A stretch of DNA of 64,000 nt from an uncultured Desulfosarcina sp. (GTDB taxonomy: Bacteria; Desulfobacterota; Desulfobacteria; Desulfobacterales; Desulfosarcinaceae). Where the stretch lies: NCBI GenBank assembly GCA_963674945.2, contig CAXXWQ010000003.1, positions 2,176,001 through 2,240,000 of the forward strand. The letters run 5' to 3'. The translations under genes were made by a program, and so were the position numbers. The notes under the pieces were generated by a model. The model ran no database searches. It saw only the letters and a list, made by a program, of their open reading frames with translations, and had not been told where the DNA came from. Shown here piece by piece: positions 1-10,491 of the stretch; position 1 is the stretch's first letter; every line of letters starts with the position of its first letter.

Positions 1-800
1 CCACAAAACACCCACATATACGATTTTGTTGTATTGCTGCGGCCCGGTTCCTGAAGCACCTGAAACGGACTTTCATCGATATTGATCACAGGACCGCTTC
101 GAATCTCCTGATGCATCAATTCGACGATCGGCTGGCAGCAACCGGCGGCCTGAATCATCCAATTGGCCATGGTTGACCGTGAGATGTCAACGCCCAGACG
201 GTCAAATATCTTTTGTTGGCGATGCAGGGGAAGCGCATCGGCGAATTTTGAGACAGCGATGTGGGCCAGCAGTCCCTCAGTGGCGTTGCTCTTGGGAATC
301 AGTTGTTCTGGCGGCGGAGCGATCCTAACGGTGGGGCCGTCATCCTCGACGCCTTCGCAGGCCTTGCAGGCGTATTTGGGGCGGATGTGACGGATCACCT
401 GGATTTTTGCCGGGATATAATCGAGCTTCTCACAGGTCTCTTCGCCGATACGGCTCAGTTCAACTCCGCAAGCACACCGTTTCTCGGCCTCAGGGATATC
501 GTGCAGGACCTCGACGCGGGGCAGATCCTCAGGCAACGGTTTGCGGCCACGCTTTTTGCGGGTGTGCTCCGGGACGGTGATGTCGTCATCGGCAAGGACG
601 GGCTCTGCGGTTTCGTCGGGTTTGAACAACTGGAGTTGGTTGGGATTGACGGCCGGCAAAACTTCACTTTTGCGACCGAACAGCTCGTTCTTCAGCAGAC
701 GTACCATTTCTTGCAGATGGTCGATTTGCTGCTGCTGAGAAGAGATAATCTCCTTAAGCGATTGGGCGTCATCGGGCAGGTTGTTCGATTCCGAAAGCAT
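1..800 (-). CDS. tnpC: IS66 transposase TnpC (5' part)
   Basis: Hand translation from ATG at 800 gives MLSESNNLPDDAQSLKEII...LFGRKSEV, a zinc ribbon, and SKFADALPLHRQQKIF. Missing from the ORF track because it has no stop in the window. Confidence 0.9.
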   Translation of the reverse strand, partial: MLSESNNLPDDAQSLKEIISSQQQQIDHLQEMVRLLKNELFGRKSEVLPAVNPNQLQLFKPDETAEPVLADDDITVPEHTRKKRGRKPLPEDLPRVEVLHDIPEAEKRCACGVELSRIGEETCEKLDYIPAKIQVIRHIRPKYACKACEGVEDDGPTVRIAPPPEQLIPKSNATEGLLAHIAVSKFADALPLHRQQKIFDRLGVDISRSTMANWMIQAAGCCQPIVELMHQEIRSGPVINIDESPFQVLQEPGRSNTTKSYMWVFC

Positions 801-863
801 GCCTGATACATAGCATAACCAATTGAATTTGTACACACTTATTTTACTTCCAGGTGGATGTTC

Positions 864-1211
864 TCAGCTTGCATAACGGTAGTTTAAACGCACATGAGCA
901 TTCGTATAATCCAGTCCGGCGAGAAGCCATTCCAGTTCTTTCGCACTAAGGGAAACGACTTCTTTTGTGGTTGTTGGCCAGTGGAAACGGTGCTTCTCCA
1001 GCCGTTTGAGCCAGAGAGCAAATCCATTTTTATCCCAGTATAAAATTTTTATCATGTTCCGACGCCGATTGCAGAAGACGAACAGGTCCCCTTCGAAGGG
1101 ATTCAAATCCATGGCCTGTTCCACCAAAACCGAAAGCCCGTTGATCGATTTGCGCATATCGGTATTACCCACGGCCAGAAAGACCCTTTTGGGATTGGTG
1201 GGCAACATCAT
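864..1211 (-). CDS. tnpB: IS66 accessory protein TnpB
   Basis: TDMRKSINGL, LFVFCNRRR, KILYWDKNGFALWLKRLE. Confidence 0.95.
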   Translation of the reverse strand: MMLPTNPKRVFLAVGNTDMRKSINGLSVLVEQAMDLNPFEGDLFVFCNRRRNMIKILYWDKNGFALWLKRLEKHRFHWPTTTKEVVSLSAKELEWLLAGLDYTNAHVRLNYRYAS

Positions 1212-1537
1212 AATGTAGCCACCATTGCAACAAGCTTGTTGATTTCTATCGATCCGTTTTGATCATCGACTTCGATGGTAAATCCGTTGGGGGTATGAAT
1301 ACGAACGGATGGATGTTTCCTCGTCGCTGATCCGTTGAGCGCAACCGGCAAAAAAGTAACTCGGGTTTTATCAACGGGCATGATGCGCCGTTTCCAATCG
1401 TAAAACCGATGGAGAATGAGATCGTTTTTTTTACAATAGGCCCTTTGGCTTAGGCTGCTGATCTTCCATTTCTCGATATGATTTTCCCAAAATTTTCGCC
1501 TTTGCTTGGAATCGAATGAATCATAGTCTTCAGGCAT
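1208..1537 (-). CDS. tnpA: IS66 accessory protein TnpA
   Basis: WENHIEKWKISSLSQRAYC...FYDWKRR HTH; overlaps the tnpB start. Confidence 0.88.
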   Translation of the reverse strand: MPEDYDSFDSKQRRKFWENHIEKWKISSLSQRAYCKKNDLILHRFYDWKRRIMPVDKTRVTFLPVALNGSATRKHPSVRIHTPNGFTIEVDDQNGSIEINKLVAMVATL

Positions 1538-1616
1538 GATATCTTCTCCTTTCTTTGGGGAAACACATTGCCATGCCTGAACAATTTTGTGAAGATGGGG
1601 TTAATAAACCGCTTAC

Positions 1617-2452
1617 TTTGTAGCGTAAGCAATATAAAAAATAAGATATACAAAGCAGATAGGAAATACAAAGGAAAACCATTTTTGACCAAAGGAGCAA
1701 GCAGCAACGATTGACGCAAATAATGCGAGCTTTCCATCAAGGAATACGTTACTTCTATTAATATAGAAAAACACGCCTATCAAAAAATATAGAGATGGTC
1801 TCGACCATTTCAAATTTTGACCAAGTAAAGGTATGTCCGAATAATAAAAATAACCGAATAACAGAAGTGACAGTATAAGGCAATTTGCTATCGCTTTGTG
1901 TCGTAGTAGCCCGAAAGAGCCAACTATCCCTAAAAATAAATAACACCTAACTTCAACGGTCAAAGTCCACAATGACCCATTAATTGCAGCCTTAATATTT
2001 TGCTCAAATACCCCAGGCAAGATCCATTGCATACGTTTGAAGGCTATAGCATTACTAAGGTAACTATACGTTTTAGGGTTAGAAAAATATGCAAGTCCCT
2101 CTGTATTTGTCATTATTGGCCCAAGAATGAATACTGAAGCAAAGATGCAAACGATGAGAGCTGGGTATATGCGAAGTGCTCTTGAAACTGAATAATCAAA
2201 AAAACCTCTATTCATAAAGCTCGCGGTAACCAAAAAACCGCTAATTGAAAAAAAACCATTAACAGCTAGTGCGCCAGTCCAAATCGATCCCTGAAATATT
2301 AGATTCAAAGGGTTTTTTATTCCTGGGACCGTTTGTATCGCATAGCTGTGCCCGTATAGAACCAGCTATGCAAAAGTAATCCTGATGAGAGTAAAGTTAT
2401 TGTTACGATTTCCATCAAAATCAACAAGTGATATCTTTGCAGAGTCTTTCAC
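1617..2452 (-). pseudogene. Acyltransferase-3 (OafA-like) cassette gene with an in-frame TAG at 2366-2368; 3' end cut by IS66
   Basis: From GTG 2452: ...RNNNFTLIRITFA*LVLYGHSY...AVNGFFSISGFLV...RALRIYP...NGSLWTLTVEVRCY. Confidence 0.88.
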
Positions 2453-2477
2453 AAGTTTCCTTAAGTTGTAGGTTTAA

Positions 2478-2542
2478 ATTTAACACTGCGCTGTGGGGCC
2501 GCCAGTAATCCACAGCAGTTTGCAGAACCAAAGACGCTCGAA
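2478..2542 (-). other. Degenerate attC-like site
   Basis: ATTTAAC followed by a CTGTGG...CCACAG hairpin between two cassette-like genes; R'' box poorly conserved. Confidence 0.45.
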
Positions 2543-2544
2543 TT

Positions 2545-3417
2545 CTATTCAAAATCTATACGTTCCAAGTAGTCCCACTGAATCCCTTCATACCAATCCT
2601 TACCTTTTCCGATGACACCGGAAAGTCCTACTATATGATTGTCTATTTCAAAACTTTTTTTATCTCCGGTTTTTAATTGAACGTCGCACAAAACCGAACT
2701 GCGGCTGCCATCTTCTATTTCTATTGTCTTAATATTTTTTGTTGGCACCGTTATTGTTGATTCATTATGTGTCAAAATAAATTCGGTGGGTCTGAAATCA
2801 GTGAGTTGCCTTTTAGTCCCATCGTTTAATGTTACAATTGCAGTTAATGATGATTTCGCCTTAATGTCGATGTTTTGAAAATCGGGAATAATAACTGAAT
2901 CTCCAAAACGACCAATTTCTGCCTTGAATTCTCCGGAGCCGAATGCGCCTAAATCTTCTTCACCGGAAATTTTAATTGGATACTTGTACGCGAATATTGG
3001 TTCGCGTTTGTCTTTGAAAAAAATTTTAGCGATGTCACTATTTTTGAAAATTATTTCAGAAATATCGTGTGCGGGAATAAATACTTTGAAACGACCTTTA
3101 CACAATGAATGACAATAATAACGACTTTTATCTCGCTTATAATCATAACCAGGGGTCAGTATTTTTGAATCCAAGGCAAAAGTCAGACAACCGTCCAAAT
3201 CTATTTCGAATTTTTCATATAGATAATTATAATTAGCGCCCATTTTCGCTGAGTTCAAAGAATGCTTTTTCCCATCTTTCGTAACAACTAAATTCTTTTG
3301 GAATGATAAAAAATAATCTCTATAGGAACTTCTCGGTACATAAACAATCTGGCCGGCTTCCAATGCCGAAACGAAAATTGCAGACAGAAATAGAACGCAT
3401 GTTAAAAAAATACGCAT
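2545..3417 (-). CDS. Hypothetical exported protein (cassette-like)
   Basis: Long AT-rich ORF; GAGGAGG RBS before ATG 3417; signal peptide MRIFLTCVLFLSAIFVSALEA. Confidence 0.75.
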   Translation of the reverse strand: MRIFLTCVLFLSAIFVSALEAGQIVYVPRSSYRDYFLSFQKNLVVTKDGKKHSLNSAKMGANYNYLYEKFEIDLDGCLTFALDSKILTPGYDYKRDKSRYYCHSLCKGRFKVFIPAHDISEIIFKNSDIAKIFFKDKREPIFAYKYPIKISGEEDLGAFGSGEFKAEIGRFGDSVIIPDFQNIDIKAKSSLTAIVTLNDGTKRQLTDFRPTEFILTHNESTITVPTKNIKTIEIEDGSRSSVLCDVQLKTGDKKSFEIDNHIVGLSGVIGKGKDWYEGIQWDYLERIDFE

Positions 3418-3531
3418 TTGTATTTCCTCCTCAGTAAAAAGCAAATCCTTCTTGTCGAATATTTTGTCTTTATCTGTACATGCTGCTTAAAACAGACACT
3501 TCGGGGAGTACCCCCCCATCAGCTGCACAGA

Positions 3532-3960
3532 TTATTGATCAAATGTGAGCAGCATCATCCCACACTCTTTTATGATATCAGTGAGAATTTTTTCACTAGT
3601 GATCTTAGTTATAAGAAATTCGCGTTTTTTTACGATGATTTCCAAAAAACGTTTTTCGCGATTTGTAAAATCATAATAGAGTTTTTCGATCAATTTCTCA
3701 TCTGCAATTTTCGAGACACAATATTTAAATGAATCCATTGGACCGACGATTCTGGCAATATCAAATCGTAATTCCTCATTATCAATTGAATCTATGACTG
3801 CTTTAAATGTACTGTGATTCTTCACACACAAAGCCAGATTTAATAAACGTACTTGGTCCTTTATTCCTTTAAAAGCTACGACCAACGATTGATGATCTTG
3901 GGTGGCGACTTTAATATCATTAATTTCCAGTATGATCGTTTCGCTTGAAATATTTTTCAT
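3532..3960 (-). CDS. Hypothetical protein (cassette-like)
   Basis: 142-aa AT-rich ORF; residual hairpin at ~3472-3532 downstream. Confidence 0.55.
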   Translation of the reverse strand: MKNISSETIILEINDIKVATQDHQSLVVAFKGIKDQVRLLNLALCVKNHSTFKAVIDSIDNEELRFDIARIVGPMDSFKYCVSKIADEKLIEKLYYDFTNREKRFLEIIVKKREFLITKITSEKILTDIIKECGMMLLTFDQ

Positions 3961-4789
3961 CGCCCAAAATCTGTTTAAGTTATCTGTGTCGTTTCTTGCT
4001 ATCCACTCTAATTTTTTTGGTCATTCAGAGATTTAATAGCCTCCAGTCGAACAAAACTGCAGCTATGCTTCCACTTTGGTCGTAAAAAGACTCGCTTTTT
4101 TGAAATAGCGGAATTTTTTCCGGCCAAATTTGAATCACATAAGTTGAATTCGGTGTTGGACCCTGTTTACCAAGTTCAATTGTGAAATTGTCATTTGGGT
4201 TTTTCAATATCCATCCTGGCTCATTAAACGGAGTAAAGTCATGACACACGAGCGCAGCGGAATTTGCATCCGAGTTAATTTGCTTGGTTCGCTTCCGTTA
4301 CATATAATACAAAAGAAACCGGTTTCCCTTCCATCTGGAAATTTTCAGCGATGAATTCAATTTTTTTCAATAACGTAAATCCATTTTCTTTTATTAAATC
4401 CAAGATATAAAACTGACTATGTTTATACGTAATGAGGCCGTTTTTACCACGCGGTTTTTCTATGATTTTCGGTTTAGACGGGTCAATATTTTCTTCGATA
4501 ATAAATGCCCATATCCCTTTATCTTTGATTATTCTGGATATTTCTTCAAAGAGATTATCTACTCTTTCAATAAAGTATAATATGGCATTTGCGCTGATAT
4601 GATCAAAAAAATCAGTAGGGTATGGCCATGGTGTATCATTCAAGTCTAACTGTTTTAAGTCTACCGTGATATCTTTTTGCCTGCAAACCTCTAACATCTC
4701 ATTGGAATAGTCAAGACCATATACATCTAAACCCAAAGTATAAAAACCGGTTGCACTCAACCCTGTTCCTATGCCGATGTCTAAAATTT

Positions 4790-6355
4790 GTACGCATTCA
4801 CAGGGTAACACCCATTGGATTAAATCCAGGAAAGGTTTGGCTCTAAATTTCGAAAATAGGAAGTAATGCACTCCACGAGAAAAGGAAAAGTCTGCTTTGC
4901 TTGTAAGCGACAGGTTTCTTTCAGTGACAATATCCGCTCAACCCAACGGTTTCCTTTCTCGCTTTGGGTGCCAAGGCTTCGTTTCCGCCACAATACACCA
5001 AAGCGTAGCGCTCTTTCGGCACGATTGTTTGTGGGATCGACGCCCTTGTGATCCATAAACACCCATAGGTTGTTCATTTCCCGGATGATCTGCCGAGCGA
5101 GTTTTCCTGCATCCGTTTTATCGGGTTCCCAAAGGGACACGGTAAACAAGAAGAATGTATAAAAATCCGACCATTGCTTTGGGTCGGGTGGCTCTTTGGC
5201 AAACGATACCAGTTGTCTCAACCAAGCGGCGACGATTTCTCCGAAGCGACGTAAATCCGGCTTCTTTCTCTCCGCCAGAGAATCGGCCTTACGGATTAGA
5301 TGAGCCAGGCACGTCTGGCGGTGAACCCATTTTTGATACAGGCCGTAACCGTCGCTGACCAGAATGCCGTTCCAGTCCTGGATGAGTGCTTCGAAAGCCA
5401 CCTTGGAGCGATGCGGGTCTATGCGATAGAAAGCAACCCGCTCGTTGACCATGGCCCACAGCCAGTGCAGATCGTTTTCTGTAAACCAGGAGGTCTCATC
5501 GATATAATTGCACCAGAAACTTCTGGCGATACCCCCGATACGTTCATACACAGGCAAAATCGCCATTGAAGTGCGGTCAACGATTTTTTGGATCGTCCCC
5601 GTAGCAATGGGAATGTCTAACACAGAGTCGCATAACTGCTTTACGTCCATTCGGCTCATCCCTTTAATACCGCTTAATTCACCAACAAATGCGGTAAATC
5701 GGGGACCGTATCCGCTCGACAGGGCAGATGGCAGCTTGGCTTTGACAACCTTCCCGCAATTGGGGCAATCGCACTTGTGCAGAATATAGTGGCTGACTTC
5801 CATTTCGATTTTGGGAAGTTCGATCTGTTGATGGGTGTAAAAAGGCTTCATCTTTTCCTGATCGAACACCGAATGACCACAACTGCAGCATTTTGGCATC
5901 AACGAATGTTGCTTTGTCGGCTCGAGCAGTTGTTGCTGGTGCGGTTTGTGTCCTTTTTGTCCGCCTTTGGATCGCTTGCTCTTTTTCTGTTTTCTTTTCT
6001 GCTTGCTAAAAGGCGGATCGGATGAGGGCGGTTTACTGGAATTACGAGAATTCATTTTGGTCTGGACTTCAAGTTTCTCTATGCGTTTTTCATGGGTCTC
6101 AACCCATTTTTGCATATCATGAAGCGCCTGTTCCAGATATAGGATGTAATTTCTCACCGCCTCTGGTGTCAGTTGCCAATCGAGTTCTGAAAATGGTCTT
6201 TTGAGTGCCATGAAAAGCACTCTAACATAGTTAAAAGAAAAAATCTAGATTTATTTTAAATTATTTCAGGCAGTTACGGTGCACACAATTTATGCTTTGT
6301 TTTCAATGGGTTAAAGGCCATGATGTCAGCCCTAAAATGCCCCGTGAACGGTTAC
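4790..6355 (-). mobile_element. Single-ORF IS66-family element, 1566 bp
   Basis: Imperfect IRs GTACGCATTCAC / GTAACCGTTCAC; 8-bp target duplication TAAAATTT at 4782-4789 and 6356-6363. Confidence 0.95.
4820..6220 (-). CDS. IS66-family transposase
   Basis: NSRNSSKPPSSD, GGQKGH, IDETSW, VSDGY, CLAHLIR, PTNNRAERALR. Confidence 0.95.
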   Translation of the reverse strand: MLFMALKRPFSELDWQLTPEAVRNYILYLEQALHDMQKWVETHEKRIEKLEVQTKMNSRNSSKPPSSDPPFSKQKRKQKKSKRSKGGQKGHKPHQQQLLEPTKQHSLMPKCCSCGHSVFDQEKMKPFYTHQQIELPKIEMEVSHYILHKCDCPNCGKVVKAKLPSALSSGYGPRFTAFVGELSGIKGMSRMDVKQLCDSVLDIPIATGTIQKIVDRTSMAILPVYERIGGIARSFWCNYIDETSWFTENDLHWLWAMVNERVAFYRIDPHRSKVAFEALIQDWNGILVSDGYGLYQKWVHRQTCLAHLIRKADSLAERKKPDLRRFGEIVAAWLRQLVSFAKEPPDPKQWSDFYTFFLFTVSLWEPDKTDAGKLARQIIREMNNLWVFMDHKGVDPTNNRAERALRFGVLWRKRSLGTQSEKGNRWVERILSLKETCRLQAKQTFPFLVECITSYFRNLEPNLSWI

Positions 6356-6520
6356 TAAAATTTTATCTTTCGTTTTCAAATACTCAAATATCATTCCAAG
6401 CAAAATTTCAGATCCGTACCAATTTTGTTTTCCCACTAAATCATCATACCTTAAAGCGAATTCATTATTAAAAAACAGATTACTTTCTTTTTTCATTGCA
6501 ATTCCATTACATTCATAGCA

Positions 6521-6590
6521 AGCTAAAGCCAGCATCACCAGCCGGTGTGGAGCGGCAGCGTAACACCGGTCTGAGTGAATGCAGTCGCTT
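6521..6590 (-). other. Degenerate attC site
   Basis: Core (CCGGTGTGGAGCGGCAGCGTAACACCGG) nearly matches attC 14523-14595, but both R boxes are mutated (AGCTAAA; GTCGCTT). Confidence 0.7.
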
Positions 6591-6719
6591 CTTGGACTTT
6601 CGTTTAGATACTTTTAAACTGAATTTCAATTAAAAAACCACTCTAACGCCGACAATATTAAGTAAAAGGTCATCCGTTCCAAAAAATTGAGACCAATATG
6701 CATCAACTTGTATGTTTTT

Positions 6720-8375
6720 CCTGTTTCCGTGGCACAAAACCTGATTAAAACACTATAACCAATTGATAAAACATATATATTATGGTAATATTAGGGCACT
6801 AAACGCTCACTTCGGAGGTGAAATCAATGCGGCGTCCGATCACCATAAAACACGAGATGGAAAAACTTGCCAGTCATAGCGGATTGATCAATATCGGCGC
6901 ATTACTTGATGCGATAAATTTCAGGTTCCGTTTCGAAAAGATCAACGGCGTCCATTGTGTAGACCCGAAAATTTCTCATGGTGACATTTTAGCTTCGATG
7001 ATTGCTCTCATGAGTATTGGTAAACCTGATTACGATGCGATCGAGATTTTTCGTGAGAAGCAAGAATTTTTCAACAAGGCCATTGGCAATCGTGCATGCC
7101 CGTCAAGCCCGACATTGCGTCAGCGAATCGATTTGATCGGCAACCAAGCCGATAAGCTGATTAAGGATGCAGGCGTTGATTTGGTTCGATCCTGCGCTCC
7201 GGCGATTTCACCCATCCAAACCAGTGCGGGTGATTTCCTTCCTTTGGATATGGATGTGAGTCCGTTTGACAACTCAAAGACTCAAAAGGAAGGCGTTTCC
7301 AGAACCTACAAAGGCACGGATGGCTTCGCTCCGATCTTTGCCTACCTGGGCACCGAGGGGTATCTGGTGAATCTTGAGTTCAGAGAAGGAAAACAACACT
7401 GCCAGAAAAACACCCCCGAATTTATCAACGCCACCTTGGATTATGCCAGGCAAATTACCGATCAGCCTATTTTGATGAGGTTGGATTCAGGAAACGACAG
7501 TCAAGACAACTTTCCTGACGATTCACGAAAGAATGTCCACTTTATCATCAAACGCAATTTGCGTAGAGAATCTGTTCAAAAGTGGGTTGATCTGGCAAAA
7601 AAATCCGGCAAGCAACAGCATTGCCGCTCAGGAAAATGTGTATGGATCGGAAAGACGATTGAAGACATCAACGGCAATCCATTGCGCTACCCAATCATCT
7701 TTGAGGTTACCGAAAGGCATACCAAAAAGGGCCAAGTACTGCTGTTCCCCGAGTATCAGATCGATACCTATTGGTGCAGCCTCGCACAGTTGCCACCGGA
7801 TGAGGTGATTCGACTTTATCACGATCACGGTACCAGCGAGCAGTTTCACTCCGAACTCAAATCCGACATGGGCCTGGAGCGCTTGCCGAGCGGTCATTTT
7901 TCCACCAATAGCTTGATTCTTCATTTGGCGATGCTGACGTACAACATGCTACGGATTATCGGACAAATCAGCATCGAAGAGAGTGATCCGACTGAATTGC
8001 CCGGTATACGCCGGAAGAAAGTTACCCGGCGTCGAATCCGGACAGTCATGCAGGACTTGATGTATATGGCCGGTCGATTAGTAACCAGAAGTAGAAAATG
8101 GTACATATCCTTTGGCCAACTCAATCCATTTTCCAAACTGATGGATCGGATTTATCTTCGTCTGAATTTGCTTTCCGCTATGAAGTAGCTATAATTTTTA
8201 AAAGAACAATTTTACAGGCATTTGCTTGGTGATTTGCTATGGCTAAAGAATGAGAAACAGGAGCAAAATTCCTTCGAAATTTGAAAATAGTGAGAAAAAT
8301 TATCAACAAATGATGGTGTGTGAGGCAATCGCCCCGCGCCAATCCTAACAGCAAAAATTAGGCCACTGATTCAGG
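6720..8375 (+). mobile_element. IS1380-family element, 1656 bp
   Basis: IRs CCTGTTTCCGTGGC / CCTGAATCAGTGGC; TTTTT duplicated at 6715-6719 and 8376-8380. Confidence 0.88.
6818..8188 (+). CDS. IS1380-family DDE transposase
   Basis: PSSPTLRQR, LDMDVSPFDN, RLDSGND, YHDHGTSEQFHSELK. Confidence 0.9.
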   Translation: MKSMRRPITIKHEMEKLASHSGLINIGALLDAINFRFRFEKINGVHCVDPKISHGDILASMIALMSIGKPDYDAIEIFREKQEFFNKAIGNRACPSSPTLRQRIDLIGNQADKLIKDAGVDLVRSCAPAISPIQTSAGDFLPLDMDVSPFDNSKTQKEGVSRTYKGTDGFAPIFAYLGTEGYLVNLEFREGKQHCQKNTPEFINATLDYARQITDQPILMRLDSGNDSQDNFPDDSRKNVHFIIKRNLRRESVQKWVDLAKKSGKQQHCRSGKCVWIGKTIEDINGNPLRYPIIFEVTERHTKKGQVLLFPEYQIDTYWCSLAQLPPDEVIRLYHDHGTSEQFHSELKSDMGLERLPSGHFSTNSLILHLAMLTYNMLRIIGQISIEESDPTELPGIRRKKVTRRRIRTVMQDLMYMAGRLVTRSRKWYISFGQLNPFSKLMDRIYLRLNLLSAMK

Positions 8376-8852
8376 TTTTTGCTAAATTCCATTGTTGTTC
8401 CGATCTGATACGCTGCTCCAAATGACCGAACAGTAGTGGACACCGTTGCGTAGTAAGCGTAAGATCCGCCACCGTCATTTCCGCTTATCCACGCATTATC
8501 AAGATATTTAAATGCACCAGCTGATATACCAGCGGATAAGTATGGATTAAGTTTGCGCTTTGGGCGGATATTATATTTCACATATCCGTCTCCTTTAATT
8601 CCTTCAGCATTGTCATTCTCTGAAACAGAAAAGCCGGCGTTTAGACCGTAGGAAAAATAATTTCCGAAAGTATATTCGGTTCCTAATGAATATAGACCGA
8701 CAAACGTATCTCCATCGATTCCCTTACTAAGCACGACTGCGTCTATGCCAATCAAAACGCGAAATTGCCCTGCATGTGCTACTGAAGCAATAAAAATAAG
8801 AAAAAAAACTGAAATTAGATATTTCATGCTTGCGATAGACTTTCATTTTTAA

Positions 8853-8911
8853 AGCGAACGGTTGAGTTGAGACGCGCGCGTTTTTTGCGTGTCGATTCTC
8901 AAACGATTTGT
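8853..8911 (-). other. attC site interrupted at its R'' box (TTGT|T) by a group IIC intron; remainder at 9713-9718
   Basis: AGCGAAC...TTGAGACGCGC/GCGTGTCGATTCTCAA...TTGT, then intron, then TGAGAT. Confidence 0.88.
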
Positions 8912-9712
8912 GTGTGCCGGGCACGGCACGTGTTCTTAAGGGTGCGATGGGCCAAGCATACCCTTTGTTCTATGGCTCATCAAGTCCCAAATCCAGGTCA
9001 TCGCCAATAAAGGCGCCTCCGGTGTCGATGGCATGACCACCAAGCAACTTAAGGGATACCTTAAGCGATACTGGTCCAAAATCAAGCAGGACCTGATAGA
9101 TGGGACCTACCGTCCCTTACCGTGAAGCTCAAGCTCAAGGTAAACGAAGAGAAAAGTGCAGTGAGTCGGCCGTGGCTACGCAAATTCCTGGGATTTACCT
9201 TCATCAGTATGTGCGGCCAGACCAAGATCCGGATTCACCAAAAGACCATATCACGCTTCAAGGACCGAGTCCGGGAATTGACTGACCGCAATTGCGGGAA
9301 AAGTCTGGACCAGATCATAAAGGGGCTGAATCAGTATCTCATCGGATGGTGGAATTATTATCGCCTGACGGAAGCGAGGTACATATTCAAATCCCTGAAA
9401 GTCTGGATCATCCGTAGATTGCGGTGCACCGTCTGGAAACAATGGAAAAACCGGAGGACCAGGGTCCGAAATCTGGAAAAACTTGGAATTTCTCATCGGA
9501 ATGCCATGCTATGCGGGAACGCCCGTAAAAAGTACTGGCGCATGAGTAAGGTCAAGTGGGTGGTATTTGCTCTATCCGATCGCTACTTCTTCGAACGAGG
9601 ACTGTTCCTGCCTGCTCAATAAACTTCCTGATCAGCCGAACCGCCTTGGTACGCGATCCGTATGCCGGGTGGTCTGGGAGGGGGTAGCCGTGAGGCTACT
9701 CCCTATCCCGAT
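8912..9712 (+). mobile_element. Group IIC-attC intron, internally deleted, both ends retained
   Basis: 5' GTGTGCCGGGCACGG; short IIC-type domain V GAACCGCC...GGTGGT; domain VI ending CCCTATCCCGAT; RT fragments match the 16010 copy. Confidence 0.92.
9122..9622 (+). pseudogene. ltrA: C-terminal fragment of the intron RT/maturase (RT7 + domain X)
   Basis: LKLKVNEEKSAV, KFLGFTF, LNQYLIGWWNYY, WIIRRLR...WKQWK. Confidence 0.88.
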
Positions 9713-9728
9713 TGAGATATCTCTGCTA

Positions 9729-10148
9729 TTAACCCTTTAATATTGAAACCTTGCTGCGTTTTGCAGCTGCCAATAAATTTTTATCAAGCGTGGCAATGGG
9801 CAATCCTTTTCTCATAGAGAGGTCCAAATATGAAGCATCGTAGCTTGACAGGTTATGCTGACGAGCTAATGCAAAAATTTCTTTAATCATCCTTTCTGGC
9901 GATTCTTGCTCTACAATTATTGGAAGTTCAGTAAGCAGGGCGATGAAACGTGTGCTATCCGCCTCACCTATTCGTTTTTTTCGCTCAGCCACTAATAATA
10001 CATTGGTAACTTCTAAAGGCCAAATAGATGGGACGAACGCGGTGGCGCTTTCAAGCCTATCTAGTATTAAATCAGTGTATTGACTGTCTTCATCCTTAAA
10101 ACACCACGTCATAACCACTGAATTGTCAACAACGAAATCATCGCTCAT
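9729..10148 (-). CDS. vapC: PIN-domain toxin (VapC family)
   Basis: FVVDNSVV, WPLEVTN, LSSYDASYL, ATLDKNL. Confidence 0.93.
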   Translation of the reverse strand: MSDDFVVDNSVVMTWCFKDEDSQYTDLILDRLESATAFVPSIWPLEVTNVLLVAERKKRIGEADSTRFIALLTELPIIVEQESPERMIKEIFALARQHNLSSYDASYLDLSMRKGLPIATLDKNLLAAAKRSKVSILKG

Positions 10149-10394
10149 TTATCGCCTTCCTTCTTCAATCATTTCGCGAATTGAAAGCCCTTTAAGGGTA
10201 TGTTTATCACGAAATTTTCGTATTTCAGCGATAACCTTGCTTGGTTCAGTCCTTTTTGAAGACATAGGTGGCTGCAGAACAGCAACTGGCACACCATGTT
10301 TTGTAATTGTTATCCGTTCGCCTTTGATTACACGCTCAAGCAATTTGGGTAAATGCGTTTTGGCTTCGTATGCACCAATGGTTTCCATAATCAA
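10149..10394 (-). CDS. Phd/YefM-family antitoxin
   Basis: IGAYEAKTHLPKLLERV..GERITITKHGVPVA; abuts vapC. Confidence 0.93.
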   Translation of the reverse strand: MIMETIGAYEAKTHLPKLLERVIKGERITITKHGVPVAVLQPPMSSKRTEPSKVIAEIRKFRDKHTLKGLSIREMIEEGRR

Positions 10395-10415
10395 TCTCCT
10401 TATATCAAAAGACTA

Positions 10416-10454
10416 GTTTTAGACCAGTCTAAAACAGACCATTCAACATGTCAA
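10416..10454 (-). promoter_or_regulatory. TA promoter TTGACA-17-TAGACT with operator palindrome
   Basis: -35 at 10454-10449, -10 at 10431-10426; perfect IR GTTTTAGAC-CA-GTCTAAAAC at 10416-10435. Confidence 0.8.
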
Positions 10455-10491
10455 GTTTCGCCTTTATTCTATCGGAGCTATTTGATGTGGT

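Larger units (their letters stand above)
1..1616 (-). mobile_element. IS66-family element (tnpA-tnpB-tnpC), truncated by the window edge
   Basis: End reads GTAAGCGGTTTATT on the minus strand from 1616; three canonical IS66 ORFs; interrupts the acyltransferase gene. Confidence 0.93.
4275..6496 (-). pseudogene. Class I SAM-dependent methyltransferase cassette gene (215 aa restored), split by IS66
   Basis: Removing 4790-6355 and one TAAAATTT copy joins MKKESNLFF...KTKDKIL to DIGIGTGLS...GLDYSNEML in frame. Confidence 0.92.
6630..8827 (-). pseudogene. Outer-membrane beta-barrel cassette gene (178 aa restored), split by an IS1380-like element
   Basis: Signal peptide; removing 6720-8375 and one TTTTT restores ...MEFSKNIQVDAYWSQFFGTDDLLLNIVGVRVVF* with a terminal Phe. 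Confidence 0.85.

Noticed and set aside
4025..4280. 74-aa ORF and flanking attC as an intact cassette
   Set aside because: The start lies within a decayed attC-like region with no RBS; probably a remnant, too degraded to call.
4275..4871. 198-aa ORF as an intact methyltransferase
   Set aside because: Its first ~27 codons are IS66 sequence; the true 5' end is at 6356-6496.
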